Below, in pieces: positions 62,925 to 64,000 of a stretch of DNA of 64,000 bases (its first letter is position 1; every line of letters starts with the position of its first letter). This stretch comes from Squalus acanthias (taxonomy: Eukaryota). A program made the translations under genes and the position numbers. The stretch lies in assembly GCA_030390025.1 (NCBI GenBank), contig CM059431.1, positions 147,810,001-147,874,000 on the forward strand, written 5' to 3'. Below the pieces are notes generated by a model. That model searched no databases, had not been told where the DNA came from, and saw only the letters and a program-made list of their open reading frames with translations.

Positions 62925-63760
62925 GTGTCGCTGCAGCTATATAAAACCCTGGTTAGACCACACCTGGAGTACTGTGAGCAATTCTGGGCACCAGGCCTTC
63001 GGAACGATAGATTGGTCTTGGAGGGAGTGCAGCGTAGGTTTACCAGAATGATACCCGGACTTCAAGGGTTAAGTTAGAAGGAGAGATTACACAAATTAGG
63101 GTTGTATTCCCTGGAATTTAGAAGGTTAAGTGGTGATCTGTTCCAGGTTTCAAGATGATAAGTAGAACAGATAGGGTAGATAGAGAGAAACTATTTCCGC
63201 TGCTTGATATGCTAGGACTGGAGCACATAGTGTACAAATTAAAGACAGACATTCCAGGAGTGAAATTGGGGAAACATTTCTCCACACAAAGCGTAGTAGA
63301 AGTTTGGAACACTCTTCCGCAAACGCCAGATGAATTGCTAATTTTAATTTTGAGATTGATAGTTTTTTGTTACCGAAATGTATTAAAGGATATGGGCCAA
63401 AGGCGGGTTTATGCAGTTAGGTCGCAGTTCAGCCATGATCTCATTGAATGGCGGAATAGGCTCGAGGGGCTGAATGGCCTACTCCTGTTCCTATGTTCTC
63501 TCACTCTGGAGTACTGTGCACAGTTCAGCACAGTGCCCAGAGGCTTGTGAATCTTTGGAATTCTCCGCCCGAGGGTGATGTGAATGCTAAATCTTTGAGT
63601 ATATTCAAGGCTGAGATCGATCGATTTTTGAACTCTCGGCGAATCTAGGGATATGGAGATCGGGCGGGGAAGTGTAGTTGAGGTCGCTGATCAGCCATGA
63701 TCTCTTGGAATGGTGGAACAGGCTCGAGGAGCTGAATGGCCTCCTCCTGTTCCTATGTTC
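62925..63760 (+). mobile_element. Two CR1 3' fragments
   Basis: [19 protein letters not shown]..; tails cctactcctgttcctatgttc at about 63480 and 63740. Confidence 0.82.
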
Positions 63761-64000
63761 CGATGCTCTTTCACTCGCTCCTGTCACCAGCCCTGACGCT
63801 GCAGAAAGCCTCTCTCAAAGCTAAACATTCCGGCTGATATCAGTTAAATTATGAGAGATGATTCAAGGATCCTGCAGCGCTGCCTCGTTCAACAAAAGCA
63901 GTTCTAATCCGCATTTCAAACCCGGGAACAAACCCATCAATGATTCGTTCCTCCCCAGCTCCAGAGTGAGTAAGGCAAGCAACAAGCAGCAACATTCCGG

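Overview
Eukaryotic, repeat-dominated vertebrate DNA; the repeat families and GPR139-like receptors point to a cartilaginous fish (inference). Host genes: one apparently intact two-exon GPR139/GPR142-like GPCR (minus strand, 39778-39709 + 35064-34130, 334 aa), a pseudogenised paralogue at the left edge and decayed tRNA genes (Lys-CTT, Val-AAC). The rest is nested mobile DNA: many CR1 LINEs (one near full length), two Penelope-like families whose tails carry minimal hammerhead ribozyme motifs, an RTE tail, DeuSINE-type SINEs, three copies of a ~750 bp TIR element, and 18-, 26-, 38-, 84- and 95-bp tandem arrays. The most interesting object is a retrovirus-like LTR element on the minus strand (about 28554-20725). 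It has a perfect tRNA-Lys3 primer site, Gag with MHR, CCHC and PSAP motifs, an in-frame UGA-CGG gag/pro junction followed by a predicted pseudoknot, RT, a degenerate plus an intact RNase H, and integrase. After a strong splice acceptor it has an env-position ORF that looks like a signal peptide plus tandem immunoglobulin-like domains. A second, much more decayed retrovirus-like remnant lies at about 10700-13960. All family assignments are by motif recognition only; no searches were run.
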